The notes beneath the pieces are model-generated. The model saw only the letters and a list, made by a program, of their open reading frames with translations, had not been told where the DNA came from and did no database searches. A stretch of DNA of 63,541 nucleotides, filler included, from Lenisia limosa (taxonomy: Eukaryota > Protista > Breviatea), in NCBI GenBank assembly GCA_001655205.1. It is 9 parts of 9 records of this genome, joined end to end, with 100 filler letters (N's around TTAATTAATTAA, not from the genome) between each part and the next. Parts side by side here need not be neighbours in the genome. Positions count along the whole stretch, not along the records: positions 7,015 to 21,755 come from LPNZ01011051.1; positions 21,856 to 27,112 come from LPNZ01005845.1; 7 more parts are not named here. The stretch is one strand, 5' to 3'. Below are positions 10,201-23,900 of this stretch, piece by piece. The stretch's first letter is position 1. Each line of letters opens with the position of its first letter. The position numbers and the translations under genes are program-made.

Positions 10201-12428
10201 ATCTCTGGAATTTCGCAGATGTACTTGGTGCATCTCCCCCTACCCCCTTGCCTGCCTTGCCTTTGATAGTCATTCTTCCCTTTTGTGATGGATACTTACC
10301 CCTTGTTCTTTCATTGGCCGATATTAGATAATATGAATTGTACATTTCCTCTCACTTCTCTCACCGTTGCACAATAATTTGTTCAGAGCGACCGAAAGCA
10401 TGGCAAGCGCTTCTTTGAGCTTCGGTTGGAAATCTTGAAGTCTTTCGGGACCTCAGAGATGCAAGATTCAGGTAAGAGGATAGTTGGCTGGCTGTGTACG
10501 GGCGGTTTTAGGGGATCTGTATACCTTATTATATGATGAGTAAATAATACCTTGTAATTTAGATATGTACCTTTTCGGTGCTTGAAGCTGTTGGACAGGG
10601 TTTTTTAAGTCCTACTCTACCCTCTTAAACATTGTTTTAATTACCCACAGCAAGCCAAGAGCTCTTGGTCCATTCTGATGCTCCTAAAAAGATTGCCCCG
10701 GCACCTCCATCAAAATCGGCGTATAAGTACACTGTGGGGGGGGGGGTATTTTGAGGACCTAATCGGTTTCCTCAGTAATTTTTCTTCTTCCTTTCTTACC
10801 TTTCCTCTTTGTCTCCTTTGTGTATATTGACTCGTTTTAGACGCCCCTCGAAGAACAAACGAGCATGTTACCAAATAAGGTTGGCCCCATCATATTGCTA
10901 TATTTTAGTTGAACGAAGCACATTCCCAGTCCAGAAAAGCTGAGATAGCTAGAACATTAATACTTCATTCCCATATTGCCCCATACGTAAATCACCATCT
11001 TTTCATAGGGGGCGGAAGAGACAAAACCTGCGCCATTTGGACAGAGGCTGGTAAATCGCCTTGTTTTCAGACACAGTTGGTTCTCCATCTTCTCCAGGGA
11101 GCGCGAGAGCAGCCTGACGCACATTCAGGTTGGCGTCTTGATTGCTGTTTGTTTTCTTATGTAGTATTTCAAACAGTGAACCTGGTGGTACTTGCGCCTT
11201 TGACCAGATACAACTTATGTTTCATTGGCTTTTATGCTTTTGGTATTGCTAACCCCTCAGCGATTGTCGTTACTGCACCTCATAGTTCACCTCACGATTG
11301 TCGCAAATGCTGCGGTCTATGACAAGGAAGTGGGGGGGGGTGAAGAGTGAACCCTTACATCATTTTCTCTCTGGGTAATGGGTAAGTATGATATCTTTGA
11401 CAATGTGTTCATTGCAACAGACCGAACAGTAATTCACGAGCAACACTAACCTTGCAGGGAGATAACACATCGACCTTCCTTTCCTCGGTACTCACGGGCT
11501 TGGTGATGTCCATCGTAGTGGTCCCCATACCACTGGTCCTCATGTTCCTGTGTAAACGAGTAAGCTGGGATAATGATGGTGTGTAGCTGACCAAAATTTT
11601 CAATAGTCTTGCTGTTTTGTACACTTATACTCGACTTCCCTTCATAGTATTCTATTAATCATACCTTATCGCACCCAGGCACTCCCCACAGGTATCACGG
11701 CTCATGAAATGGAGAAGGTGATTGAATACCTCTACCCGGGCAGGAAGCATGTCAAAGTGGGAGAGGGTTTCATGTCATTTTTTATTATTACTATTATTGT
11801 CAATTGCAAATGTGATATACTCCATGTACATCTGTGAATTGACCCAATGATTAAATCAACCAGAAAAGCCCATCTCTATTCATCTCTGAACGAGCCTTGC
11901 TTGTCCGGTCAATCCTCTTGCCAACGATTACATCTTTTAGCGTTTCCCGCCCTTGGCATCCCAGATTTCCCTCTTCCTTGTCATCATCTTCACCGTCTTG
12001 GCCTCGTATTTCAGGTGGGTTTTGGACGTGTCATTTGGTGATTCGAGGGTAATATTCTTTATTTTCAGCTCTACGAATAGTTTTCCAACTCATATTCACG
12101 AATATAGTCTGCTCTATGGAGCGGAATTCTCTTCTTCCGCAGTAGAAGGCTGGATGACGTCAACACTCGTTTCAGTGATTCAGTCCATCTTCATAAGTTT
12201 GTGGGCTTGATTCTCTGTTCAATGTTAAAGCGTTTTTTTTTTTGCATTCATATTATGTTTTGTAAATTGTATTGAGCATACATACGGAGGGATGCATAAA
12301 TGAGAATGAAGAAAAGCTTGGAGGGACCAACACACTCTGGATTGTTCACCCCTGACCCTATAGATGAGCCAATCCAAATAGTATGTGCGATGATGGTATC
12401 TGCCGTTCTTGGTGACTTCCTTGGTCAG
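7231..12428 (+). CDS. Polycystin-1-like (PKD1/REJ family) GPS/GAIN membrane protein, 5'-partial
   Basis: Phase-consistent exons give the stalk (SASSVGIIAQRQSLGQLGSNV-GLGAGGFSVPD) and the GPS motif (KCLYFDTDSKTYKTN-GCTVVSTTATTTICS-CNHLTSF, 8630-9110). They then give TM1 and the PKD1-family segments HSWFSIFSRERESSLTHIQ-RLSLL..NAAVYD, IVVVPIPLVLMFLCKR and LLYGAEF..GWMTSTLVSVIQSIFI-EPIQIV. Confidence 0.8.
8047..8202. repeat. Intronic short tandem repeats
   Basis: About 4 copies of TATTCATGCCGGGTGAAGAA, then 2 copies of the 21-bp ACTGCTCTTTACCTGTATATT. Confidence 0.8.
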
Positions 12429-12875
12429 GTGTCAAGCGGTTTCCTCTAGGAATTTAGTGGCTCTTAAACAGCCAATCAAGTTAGGACGTGTGTGTCGTTT
12501 TGTTTCCATTTTGAATGTATTAGTTTTCAACGCTTACAAAAGGCAAAAAAGATTGATGAATACTTGTGGATAGTAGGGTGAGAAGAGAAACTTATGAAAT
12601 ATTATTTTTCCAATTTTCACTCAGTAATATGATTTCATTCATATCCACTCATGTGATTCAAGTGTGATTCAAGTGTGATTTAATTAACCGACAAGTCTCA
12701 ATGCTACTCTGATTCACTCAAGATCTTGGGAAATCTTCGATCTTCATTCATCTTTTACACTAGTAGGTTATATGTATCCCTATGATGTGGGACCCCACAA
12801 TCCGGTCCGGGCTTTCCTCTTCATTCCTGTTTTTTTATTTTTCACAATTTGCACCAAATTCACACCAATTTTCAG

Positions 12876-14022
12876 AATACTATCACCGTGCCTTCACCGT
12901 CACCTTGCCTCCACAACTCCATCCTCTTGTACTCCACACTCTCCCTTTCCACCAGCCATCTTCCTCCGTCTTCATCACACAGCAGTGCTTCCACTCCTTT
13001 TACTCTTTCATCCACAACTCGTTGAAACCAACTTTCTGCAAACGTGCTAGTTTTAAACGGCTAATCACAGTATGCAGAATACTAAACCATACTCATTTTC
13101 CCTTGCCCAGAGTTTTTTTTCTGTTGTTGTTCCTCATNNNNNNNNNNNNNNNNNNNNNNNNNNNNNNNNNNNNNNNNNNNNNNNTGTTGTTTCATATGTG
13201 TTCCAATTTTATCCCTCCCCATCCAGAGCAATGTGGAACCTTCCTTCCATTGTCACCATTCTCCTTTTCCTCCCGCATCTTATTGAATGGTTGGAGGAGG
13301 GTGTAAAAACAAAATTATTTGAAACTAGTTTTTCTCGCTATTCTGAACCCCCTGCATTACCGGTTCAGCCGACGAGGCAGATGGCATCCTTATGATCCTT
13401 CGGGAGCGTTGAATGGTAGGGTGTTTGGGGGGGGGGGTATCGNNNNNNNNNNNNNNNNNNNNNNNNNNNNNNNNNNNNNNNNNNNNNNNNNNNNNNNNNN
13501 NNNNNNNNNNNNNNNNNNNNNNNNNNNNNTTTATTGTCTAGAACTGGGGACGGTTTCTTCCATTGCTCAATTCATCTTGACATCATGTAACATGCCACAG
13601 GTGACGCTTGGTGGTTTGTGGCATTTATCGTCCTGGCCATTGTCGCCGTGATTGTCACCATTGTAGTCATTAAAAAGAGGAGCAAGGTGAGCAGTGTTCC
13701 CTGTCGAACTTATGAAAAAGGCTTCGCGAATGTATGATATTGCATATGATATGATATGTACTCGAGTGTTAATCTTGAGTGTATCAGAGTTTTATTGAGA
13801 CTTGGGCAAATATCGAGTGGGGGACTGTCAATGTGTATATTATATACTACTATATAATACATTAATATACATCTTCTGGATGTCAAAAAGGGATATTGAA
13901 ACAAGAGTATTAATTATGATATTTGGTCGTAAAGTCTCCTCATGTTTCAGACTGAAGGAGATTGCTTCTCCAACCCCTTCAAAACCAACTACCAGTCACA
14001 GTCACACACAGCTGTTATGTAA
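12876..14022 (+). CDS. Hypothetical membrane-protein exons (separate gene or 3' part of the polycystin-like gene)
   Basis: GT-AG bounded exons including a TM helix with a basic stop-transfer signal, AWWFVAFIVLAIVAVIVTIVVIKKRSK. Confidence 0.45.
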
Positions 14023-14419
14023 GATTCTGCTCCCCCTCCAAACTGAATTTTGAATCCTGTATACCTGTCTCAAAAGGATTGGGATTTCTCTTGTTCAGCT
14101 GATTTGTCTGTATTAATTATTGTTATTTATTGATTATCATGTCGTTAATGATATATGGATGTTACCCTTTCAAACATTACGTTTATGAACATGTCAGAAT
14201 CTCTTCCCTTTTGGTCAATTGATGATTATGGTAGTGTTAACATGGTGATGATGAAAGTGAGTGTGGTGTGGGCTTCGTGGTTAATGGGTAACTTTTAACC
14301 TTGTTCATTTTCCGTATTTCAGATTGGCGAAATACAATACATAACAAGGCATGGCAACCCAATGCAAGCGTGTGAATTACACAAAACAGAAGAGAAAGGA
14401 GCTTCTGGGAGCTTGAAGG

Positions 14420-15576
14420 TTACCTAGCAATGAGATGCTGACGTATTCGATCCTGCCACTCCGGGGAGGGCTTGTACAACGAAGGATCTCCCAGGCGGAA
14501 TGTGGTGGTGAGGGTGTAGAAGTAGAACAGCACTCCGACTAAACAATTGGAATAATATGACAATTTTATAAATATTTACAAATATGAACAGAGATACATC
14601 ACAGCTTTATGGTTGCCCTATTTATGCTTGGGAAACCTATTGTCTTTTTTAACCTAAATCATATTTCATGTGTACATATACTGTATGTACTTGATTGAAA
14701 AAGGCCTATCATACGCAGTCGATGGATAATGAAAACTGAAACGTAGAGCGGAGAGTACCAAATGTTCTGGGGGGTGTCCTCATTTGAACCAATGTAGTTC
14801 TATACAAGTCAAAAGAAACAAAATGTGAACAATCATCGAAATTATCAAGTCTTTTGTATGCAATGAAAACAAGACGCAGCACCAACCTCAATACAAAAAA
14901 AAGTGATTGTACCAAAAAAAACAAAGAGGCATCCACTTCCCCGCTTACCAGTCGCATAAGTCCTGCAACGAGGAAAGAAATAGCGTAGAGCAGAGTCATG
15001 GAGAAGATCTTAAACTCCTTCAACAGCATGCCAAGGAGGCCGTATTCGAAGAGAAACGTCCTCATCAGCATGTGCGAGAGGACAATGAGGAAAAAGGCAA
15101 GGAGGCCAAGAGTAATGCTAGAGAGTCAGAGACGTGTATTCAGATAGAGGAAAGTTGGATATTACTGCTGGAGAAAAGCAATAAAGCAAAAGAAAAACAC
15201 ACTTTTTGTACACTTATTTTCATGCAATATGTTGAAAAACAAGCCGAGACTGTCCATAACATCACCTGTATAAGATTAAATGAGTATAGCATTATATGTA
15301 CAAAGCAACACACAATAACCAACAGACTAAACCATCCTAATATTTGTTCTTCTAGTCGGACATAAGCGGAGAAAAGGCAAGGGAACTACTGGGCATCTCA
15401 GGAAAACACAACAAGCCCTCCCACCACGCACCCAAAGAACAAGCCCTCTCCACCACGCACCCAAAGAACATAAAGGCGATTTCAATTTGATTTGTCGTGG
15501 TGAAGAACATTCCGTTCAAAAGGTCGAACACAATGACGAAGTAGAGGACAAAGACCTCTGCCTTGAACCAACTCAT
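14420..15576 (-). CDS. TMEM138: Transmembrane protein 138 (ciliary membrane protein)
   Basis: Four exons: MSWFKAEVFVLYFVIVFDLLNG.., ..MLMRTFLFEYGLLGMLLKEFK.., ..NIWYSPLYVSVFIIHRL, LGVLFYFYTLTTTFRLGDPSLYK..*. These match the TMEM138 motifs TF-F-GL-L-F and RLGDP-Y. Confidence 0.9.
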
Positions 15577-15739
15577 TTTTTGGGCGTTTCAGATTACCCT
15601 GCATCATAAAGAATACGCAATGACAAATAAGACAGAAACGCCCAAGCCGTCTATCACGTCGCATGATGCATAATATATATCCTATTGAGAAGAGAAAATT
15701 TTCAAATAAAGATAAAGTTAATAAGGTATGTATGTCTTG

Positions 15740-16560
15740 ATGATTGCAAGGACACCACACCCAAAAAGATGATGTAAGGACAGGAATCCTAATAACGAAG
15801 TATTATTCAAAGGGTTTTGATGATAGTCAACATCTTTTCCCAACAAACCTCCAATTCTGTTGGTTTAGGTGCTTCTGTCGTTCTGAACGCTCTAAACCGT
15901 TATACTCTATTCTTTCATTCAATCCGTTACATGTTACAGCACTGTTGCGATCCCACCTTTTCTCAAGGAAGCCTCGCCAAGGGCATCCCCACAGTAATTT
16001 GATAGATTTTCAATTGCCTGCTTCAGTCTTGGTTCAATAATCACAACCACAGAGAAGAGAGATGATCGTTTTCAAAAATAATCAAGGCGTGGTTAACTTT
16101 TTCGTCCTTTCCCCACTTATTTTCATATAAATTTTTTACTTTGTTACCAACGCAAACTGATGGATGGGAAAGGGGAAAGATAGCGCAAAAAAAAATATGA
16201 AGCAAAAAGACAGCGATTTTTGTTAAAATAACGAGATAATAACTATATAGTGACTTTGGTAAAGTTGTTCACGGCATTTCCTTTCTTTGCTCTGTCACCA
16301 TTCAAACTATTATATTGCTTCGAAAGTTACATAAATAACCAAGAAGAAAGTGAAAAAAAGCCTCCCCTCACCACGTACGTCTTTCATAGCAGGCCCGCCC
16401 ATCGGATTCCCACAGCTGTCTTTGGAGTAGGCGGATGGTTATTACAATAGGCTTGGCTTTTTATGAGGATGAAGTGACTAATGGAGTACTCCAGCTATTT
16501 TTTTGACACTATAGGGCTGTTTAGAAATGTCACGATTCTGCCCATAGGTCCACTTAGGTG
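15740..16560 (-). CDS. Hypothetical multi-exon gene
   Basis: Short GT-AG exons such as AIENLSNYCGDALGEASLRKGGIATVL and AFRTTEAPKPTELE. Family not recognised. Confidence 0.4.
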
Positions 16561-16717
16561 GGCTTTTGGGATGAGCTGGGGAGATGGAATTCGGCTTTTT
16601 CTGCTTTATTTTCTGTTTTCTTAGTTAGTTAGTCATTCTTGGTTGAATTAACCTTCAGAAATTACCATTTCCCTTACACATAAAACCTTGATATTTGTGA
16701 GCAGGCAAATTAATGAT

Positions 16718-16790
16718 TGGGTGAATTGTTATTATGCTAGTATCCTCCCTTAAGCGTGATGGTGTGGACAGCTTCGGCCAGATACAACTT
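16718..16790 (+). repeat. Intronic repeat family B, copy (about 80 bp, GGCTTCGGCC hairpin)
   Basis: TAAGCGTGATGGTGTGGACAGCTTCGGCCAGATACAAC. Homologues at about 19903, 20060-20116, 55569-55670 (x2), 60277-60350 and 62931-63017. Confidence 0.85.
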
Positions 16791-16878
16791 TGTTTTATTT
16801 CTAATCTCTCTACGTACTGTTTCAAACACTGCCATTATTTTTCACTGAAATTTGTCCTTATTCCAAAAGGTGAAGAAA

Positions 16879-19800
16879 ATGGTAAAGACGCGTTCGTTTA
16901 CAAAGAAGCTTCGGGCGCTTCCTGAGGAAGTGGCTGCTTCTAATATGTATGAAAATACAGGTCCTATACCTATACCTTTTTTCTTATTGGTGATTACTGT
17001 AATAGTTCGTATGTGTAGGTAGGTGTTCTTATTGAATGGAAAATAAGTTCAAATGTGGGGAAGACAAGAAAAGCAAAAAGGCAATAAAATCTACATTTAG
17101 GAGGTTACTTTTTTAGAAAGCCCGAGTCTCCCTGTTTTAGCCTTGATGATGAAGATGGTAGGCTTACATAACTCGTCCCAGTTGCCTCACGATAAAGACA
17201 TAATATATCCTGAAAATTCATTTTTTGTGGTGTTGCTGGGATGCTCTTGGAATTATTATATTCTTTTTCCACTGCTTCTAAGTTTCTCTATTTGTTGGTG
17301 AAACACTGTGAGAGTGACAGTTCCGTTTAACCAATTCAGAGCTACCAGAAGCCAGCAACACCCCACAAAAAGAGCCCGAATTGCGGCAAGTAATTGAGCG
17401 CCTCCAAGACATCGTTTCAGACTCCTTTGTCGACTCCATCACCCCACAAACGGGTGAAGAACAGGAAGCCGTCCAAAAGATCCAAGAACTCCTTGAAGCC
17501 ACGGAAGGAACAGACAACATAGAAAAGGACTGGCTCAAGTCCTTTGCTAACGCCTTCGAGCTGGTCTCCGTCCTCGCACATCGGGACGAAGGTCTAATGA
17601 TGGATGTCTTGGAGTGGGCAAGGAACATTCGCAATACAGACAAGACCATCAACGACATCGCTATTGAAACAGTGAGCTTACGCCATTTTTATTCCTAATT
17701 TCCATATCATCAACATGATAGATGTTCAGAAGGGACGGGGGGGTGATTCAAAATTATAGTGATATAACCAAGGTTTCCCCACGTTCCGAAAAAGATCGTT
17801 TAAATATCGATATTTATCGAGGATTTATCGAGAGATTCAGCCTTGTTTGGAACCGAAGGAAACCCCTTGTCATAATGAACCCAACGGATCTTGAAGTCCC
17901 ATTTGCCACATAATATGTATTACAGTGGTCCTTCAATTATCAACACCACCCTTTCAACTATCACTGTATTCATTTGCCTAGAACAACCACCCCTGCCTTT
18001 CTTATTTTGTTAGTTGGGCAGAACCCACCAAGCTGAGGACATTTGGTTTGAAGAAGCGGGAAGCAATATCAGTCAAGGTATTTGGGACAACTCTATTATG
18101 ATAAGATATAATCTGACACTAGTAAGATCCACAGTTAAAACTATTTTCTCTCCATGACTATTCTAGCTCTTCAAGATAGCGTCGCTGCTAAAAACAAATT
18201 GAACTCCCTCCTCTCGGGGCAAGGTATTGTGGAGTGGTTCAGTGTCCACTATTCTTTAATCAGATCCATTGATCGTTTTAGCTTCAGAAACTCGGAAGAC
18301 TTTTGGTGGCCAAGGTGCTGCTCTCTTCGTCTCCAACCTCGAAGTTAATGTGGGTATAAAGATCTTAGATTATGATAAATAAAGGGAAACTGGTTTGTAT
18401 CACAAAGTGAGAGATGCTAGACAATCATATTAGTATTATTAAATGATATACTATAAGTGATATATACCATATCATATGATATATTTATGTAAAAGGTGTA
18501 TTGTTGGTTCCAATGCGGGTCAACGTATTGACGAACCAGGTGAACCTACCCACTGCCAGTACTGGGCGTATACAAACACCGAAAACCGAGCCTGCTCCAG
18601 AAACCCCGTTGGCGGTAGTGGAGGAGGTGGGTGGGGTCATCTAGAACGTCTTTATTTGTTGACTTTCCTTTGCAAATTTGAAGAGACAACTGCCTTCCCA
18701 AAGTAGCTTTATTTTTTGTCTCATATGATATGGCGTGGAATTCTCTTGTTCAGCATCTCGATAAAGCTTCTCAGCTATTCCGAACAAAGCACTTATTCTG
18801 ACAGAAAGCGGATGAGTCGGAACCTGAAGTAGTCAAGGAAGATATTGACTCGCCAAGTGCCCTCCCTGTTACACTGGCTGCGCTTCAGGTTGGAAGCGGC
18901 TCTTTCCCAATTACCATCACTATTAAATTATTGTAATAGTCTACTGTTCTTTGGCTCTTGAATTATTTATGAGATGATACCTTGACTAAATCTGAATTAC
19001 CCCCACCGTAGATGCAGCTGAGAACACAAGAGGACCTCTACGATGCTACCCAGGCCAAATTAGAGGCACAAATCCAGAGTCTGACATACGAGGTCTCAAC
19101 CTGGGTGGGATGGTGTTGGCACAGTGTTGAGAGAGAAAGAGTTTGGCCCAGGGAATCTCGATAAAAAATACCAATCTAAGATTTATTTGGAATAATGGCC
19201 AACCAACAGATTTGCTAAACATGATAATAAAATCTCTCTGGTATAATCGTAACTGTCCCTCCCCCAATCGATATAACCCCACAGTCAAACTTGAAAACTT
19301 CACAGTCGGACGATGCTAAAGCCGAGGCCAAGGCGGCTACTGAGCTTCTGGCCCGAGCCTCTACACTGGCAGCCAGGGCGAGGAGGGTGCGTGGGTTATG
19401 CTCTTGTTATGTGCTGGAGAACTTGGTAACAATAACTTACCGAATTGACCACAGCAACAGAGCCTCTCTCACAGAACATTGTTGTCACCTATTAACCATG
19501 GCCATAGCTTGAGGAGGCCGACCGTCAGGATAGGGAAATTGCTGAAATCCTGCGCATAACCACCCACAAACTCTCGACTGATGGACTCACCAAGGGCACA
19601 GGAGGTATCAGGGTGGAGAGTGGAGCTGACACGAGGGGGGGGGGGAGACATTCCAAACATTTTTGTAAATGGTTGGTAACTAGTTTTGTATGAATTGGAT
19701 TTGGAAACTATTTTGATACGGTTGATTTTCAATTTTTCAGCACTTTTGGGCCTGGTGGAGGAAGGAATCACTATTGTGAGTCATCGACTGGACGATTTAG

Positions 19801-21547
19801 CCCCCACTAAATTGTGAGTTTATTTGGGGATAAGAAATGTATCTCCCTCAGATTGCATCTACAGTAGCTATTGTTGATATGTGTTACTTTTTTGTTGGAT
19901 ATATGGACGGCTTCGGCCAACTATTGGTCTTTTGTTTATCGTTTTGTTCCTGCATCTAATCCTCCAGTGTGGAAGTAGACAAAGACAATTTTGATGTTAT
20001 GGCAGCAGCGGAGCGTTTGGCAGGTCTTCAGACCGACCAGGTTGGATGGATACCTATTTTGGTGAAGTAGTATTATACTATCATCCAATATCTCTCATAA
20101 GCGTGATGGTGTGGACNNNNNNNNNNNNNNNNNNNNNNNNNNNNNNNNNNNNNNNNNNNNNNNNNNNNNNNNNNNNNNNNNNNNNNNNNNNNNNNNNNNN
20201 NNNNNNNNNATTGCCATATATTTTGGTTTATCAATCATGTACTGATTTTTATCATAAGAAACGGGGCTTCACTTTGTAACTATTAATGAACTATGTTTAT
20301 TTGATTTTAATAATATCATACAGCACTTCACCAATTTCCAATAACCCAACGTTCCCACAGGTCCGCGCGGAGCTGAGTTTAGAGCTAAGACGAAGACGAC
20401 AGCGGATCACTCACCTCAAAAAGGATAACCAGCGAGCAATAGACGAAAGAGACAAGCTGAGGGAGGCGGTTAGGATGATGCGAGTGCGTCNNNNNNNNNN
20501 NNNNNNNNNNNNNNNNNNNNNNNNNNNNNNNNNNNNNNNNNNNNNNNNNNNNNNNNNNNNNNNNNNNNNNNNNNNNNNNNNNNNNNNNNNNNNNNNNNNN
20601 NNNNNNNNNNNNNNNNGTCTTTTATACAATGAGTTGAATCATCACAATGTTTTCCGACATCAAATCAAAACAATTGCAGCTTACCCTTGTAGGAAAGAGA
20701 AGATGCTCAATGGTGGTGACCCTAATGCACAACCCAAATACAGCAGCACTGATATGTTCACCAAGGCTGAAGAAGCCCCTTCTGAGCCTCAGGAATTGCA
20801 TGGTGAAAAAACGGTGGGATAGTAGCCTGGGATATTTTGTGTTTATTACTCACATAGTTCCAGTATTTTGTAGCATTCAGTAATGTGTTTTATACTATTT
20901 TTTTACGTAGTATTTTCATTAGAACAGTATTGCCTTGAAGGCTTGAATTGTCATGATTCAAATAGTCATATTTTAGCATGTCAGTGAACTTTCTTCACCA
21001 AAATTGGATCAAATCATTAGCCCTGTTGTAAGGAGGGTCATATCAAATATTTTCTTTACAAAATTTAGATGGTAAAATTCGTATTGTAGATGCGTATCCT
21101 TTCCTGTCCCATTTTGACCTCCAGATTGCCAACGCCCTTCTTGCTCGAGGCTTCACTGAAGATGATCTCATTGACATTGAAAGTGGGCAAGATGTGTGTG
21201 TGCTTTTCGTGCATTTGTGTTGTTTTTCGAATTAAGTGGATGTGTATATTACTCATAAAATAGAGGCTATATTTTGTTTTGCAGTTGTCTTCTGATATTG
21301 GTACTTTGCCACCCAGCACAAACCAATGACCTTTTCAGCTGACAATGTTGCTGAAGATGGCGAAAGACTCTCGGACGACGATCACGATGACTACGAGGAG
21401 CTGGATAATGAGGTCGAGAGTAAGTCACGTGTCTCGAAAGTCAGTGTCGAAGAGTCAACCAGGCCGGGAGTACCGACTCCTCTGAAGGCTGCCAGGCGGC
21501 GGTCCACTCATCGCATTAATGATATGGCTGTGAAGGAAACACAGCAG
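16879..21547 (+). CDS. Hypothetical multi-exon coiled-coil protein, 3'-partial
   Basis: More than 12 GT-AG exons with charged helical sequence (e.g. VRAELSLELRRRRQRITHLKKDNQRAIDERDKLREAVRMMR). Runs to the contig end. Confidence 0.6.
17769..17868. mobile_element. hAT-type MITE, diverged subfamily copy (intronic)
   Basis: Core GAAAAAGATCG..ATATCGATATTTATCGAGGATTTATCGAGA shared with the TAGGGC MITE family, with degenerate TIRs. Confidence 0.7.
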
Positions 21548-22849
21548 GTATGCTTAATGGCACAAAGGAATGGGATTGTGTCGTTTGCTCAAGTTATCGT
21601 TTTTATACTATATCGATATTGCTTTTAAATACATATCTTGGACTTCAACTCCCCCCCCCCTCTCCCACCATCTATTCACATTCTACTATCCCCCAATGCG
21701 GTGCTACAGAAGCGACTGGGCTGGGTTTTGTTTGTTTTGTTGTTAGCAACCTCGTNNNNNNNNNNNNNNNNNNNNNNNNNNNNNNNNNNNNNNNNNNNNT
21801 TAATTAATTAANNNNNNNNNNNNNNNNNNNNNNNNNNNNNNNNNNNNNNNNNNNNAACGGTGGAATGGGGGGATATTTTACCTCCTTCAGATTCTTGTTT
21901 TTTTCCAAAGTAGGTAATTTGACAGCTCCTATCGATCCACCGCTTATGATATTTGAGTCGAAAAGATAAAGGAAAGGAAGATATCATGGTAGCAGAGTTA
22001 CATGGAGTCAATTATCTCTCAAGTTGAAATATAATATCCTATCCCTGCATGAGAGAATGATTATGTGAAAGCGCCCAAAAGTAGTGTTATACATACAAAC
22101 TCTAATCTTCACTATAGTTTAAAACATTCCTGGAGCCTACTAAAATGCCTCCTTAGAAAAAAGAGACAGTTTCTTTGTTGAAAGCACTCATCCATATCCT
22201 CAGAAGATCAAGAAACGGATCACTGTATGCATTTGTTTCTTATTAGTTTTGCGTAATACTTTCAGTTTAGAATCGTCATTTTACTTTCTAGAATGGTTCA
22301 TGCGTTGCTTGCAAAAATGAGTGCAAAGCACTGTATTCCGTTGAGACAAGGGCCGCTTTCTTCTTAAAACTTCTGAACTGCATGGAGTCAGACCAGTCTA
22401 TTGTTTCCGAGGCTGAATTGCTGCAGTACATGACAGAGGGCTGCCGCTTGTCGCAAGACTGTAAACCGACGATGTGAAGGTTAGAAATATATTATTTTTT
22501 TTCAGTGTGACACATTTAGCATTTCCAGATTTTATGTCCCTTGGAGGGTCAAATGCCACGATTGCCAGAGTTGCCAAAGAGGCACCGGTTCCAACAACTT
22601 GTGAACACTTTAATTTGAATTTATTAGATTAAAACTATTGATTCGTTGATATACTAATTGCCTCGTAATATTTAAAGAAGCGAATTCAGTCATTTTGGGT
22701 TTTCTTTTTTAACTTCTACTGAGTAATAGTATTGACTATTTTAGCATTTGTACTGCCCGTCAGAAAAATTTGCCTGTGTGTTTAAGGGCGAAATTCCCAA
22801 GGTAGTTGCTTATGACGCCAACATTTGCCCTCCATCTCCATCATTAGGA

Positions 22850-23900
22850 TTTGTTTCCTTCAATCTCCCCTCCACCCAGCTCTTACATCCTTGCTTGTGG
22901 CTTGAAGTATGTTTCCTGGGATAAACACCATACAAGGGGCGGTCATCTGGTGACGCCACTAAGATGAAACGCTCTACCAAGGTCAAACGCATGCCTCAAA
23001 ATTGCGGAACTGTCAAAAGTGTAATGCTGCTGCACTGTCTTTCTTTAAAGATGAGATTCCCTCAACTTTCCCACCTCCACCACCACCTGAAACCGCAGAA
23101 GATTCACCATCATGCCCGGTCGATTTGAGGAATATTGCTTCATGGAGTCGACACGAAATGGCCTTAAAATGTGAAATCAACGCCGTGTTCGTCAAAGTGC
23201 TTGAAGATCAAATTTAAGAGGAGTATTAAAGAAATAAGTCTGCCAGTATGCTTTTCCTTGCCACAGCCACCAATTTTGCCAAGACGATGAGCAACTCAGA
23301 GTATGCCGATATGATTACCGTCCTGGCAGTATCCCCCAAAGGCGGCTCAAAAATTCCTTTGAGTCATCACACTCACTATAAAACAGCCGGTGAGGCCTAG
23401 TGTGTAGGGGTTCTTTTGAATCAAAAGATGGGTTCGATTCCCGTGCCTTACGACAAATTGTTTTTGTCTGTGTTTTAAGTGGATAAAAAAGAAACATGGG
23501 GTGGCCGAATTGTTAAAATACCAATAATTCCATTGATGAAGATAGCGAAGGAATGAACGTGACACAAGTAGTGGTTTCAACCTATATTATCAACAAGACA
23601 CCAAAATATGGAAAGAAAAAGAAATGTCACAATACAAACCTACATTTAGGTTTCTTAAAAGGCAGAAATTCCTTGAAGACAGAATTGAAAGAAGGCAGGG
23701 GGAAGCTTGTCATGAAGTTTTGATCTTGAAGGGGAATTTCTCGCAAACATCCTGTGGAAGTGAAAAAGGACCAAATCTCCCTAAAAAACATTATTTATCT
23801 GTAATAAATACAGTATTTCAGACAAAGAAGACGCGGAAGTAGAGCTCAATAGCGAGGAACCTGAAGAGGATTGAACACTAAGAGGCCTTCTCACCTGCAT
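22850..23900 (+). mobile_element. Degenerate hAT-like transposase relic
   Basis: BED-finger-like N-terminal remnants, then LFLATATNFAKTMSNSEYADMITVL..KIPLSHHT (Hermes/Ac-like) and SKDGFDSRALRQIVFVCV (resembles the first catalytic Asp, D-W-S). Multiple stops and frameshifts. Confidence 0.4.

Noticed and set aside
14340-14530. Plus-strand MATQCKRVNYTKQKRKELL, like a transposase HTH
   Set aside because: It overlaps the last TMEM138 exon on the minus strand (RLGDP motif) and has an early stop.
23385-23460. tRNA-like stretch with GGGTTCGATTCCC T-arm
   Set aside because: No pairing acceptor stem or canonical anticodon arm. The same bases encode DGFDSR in the hAT-like relic.
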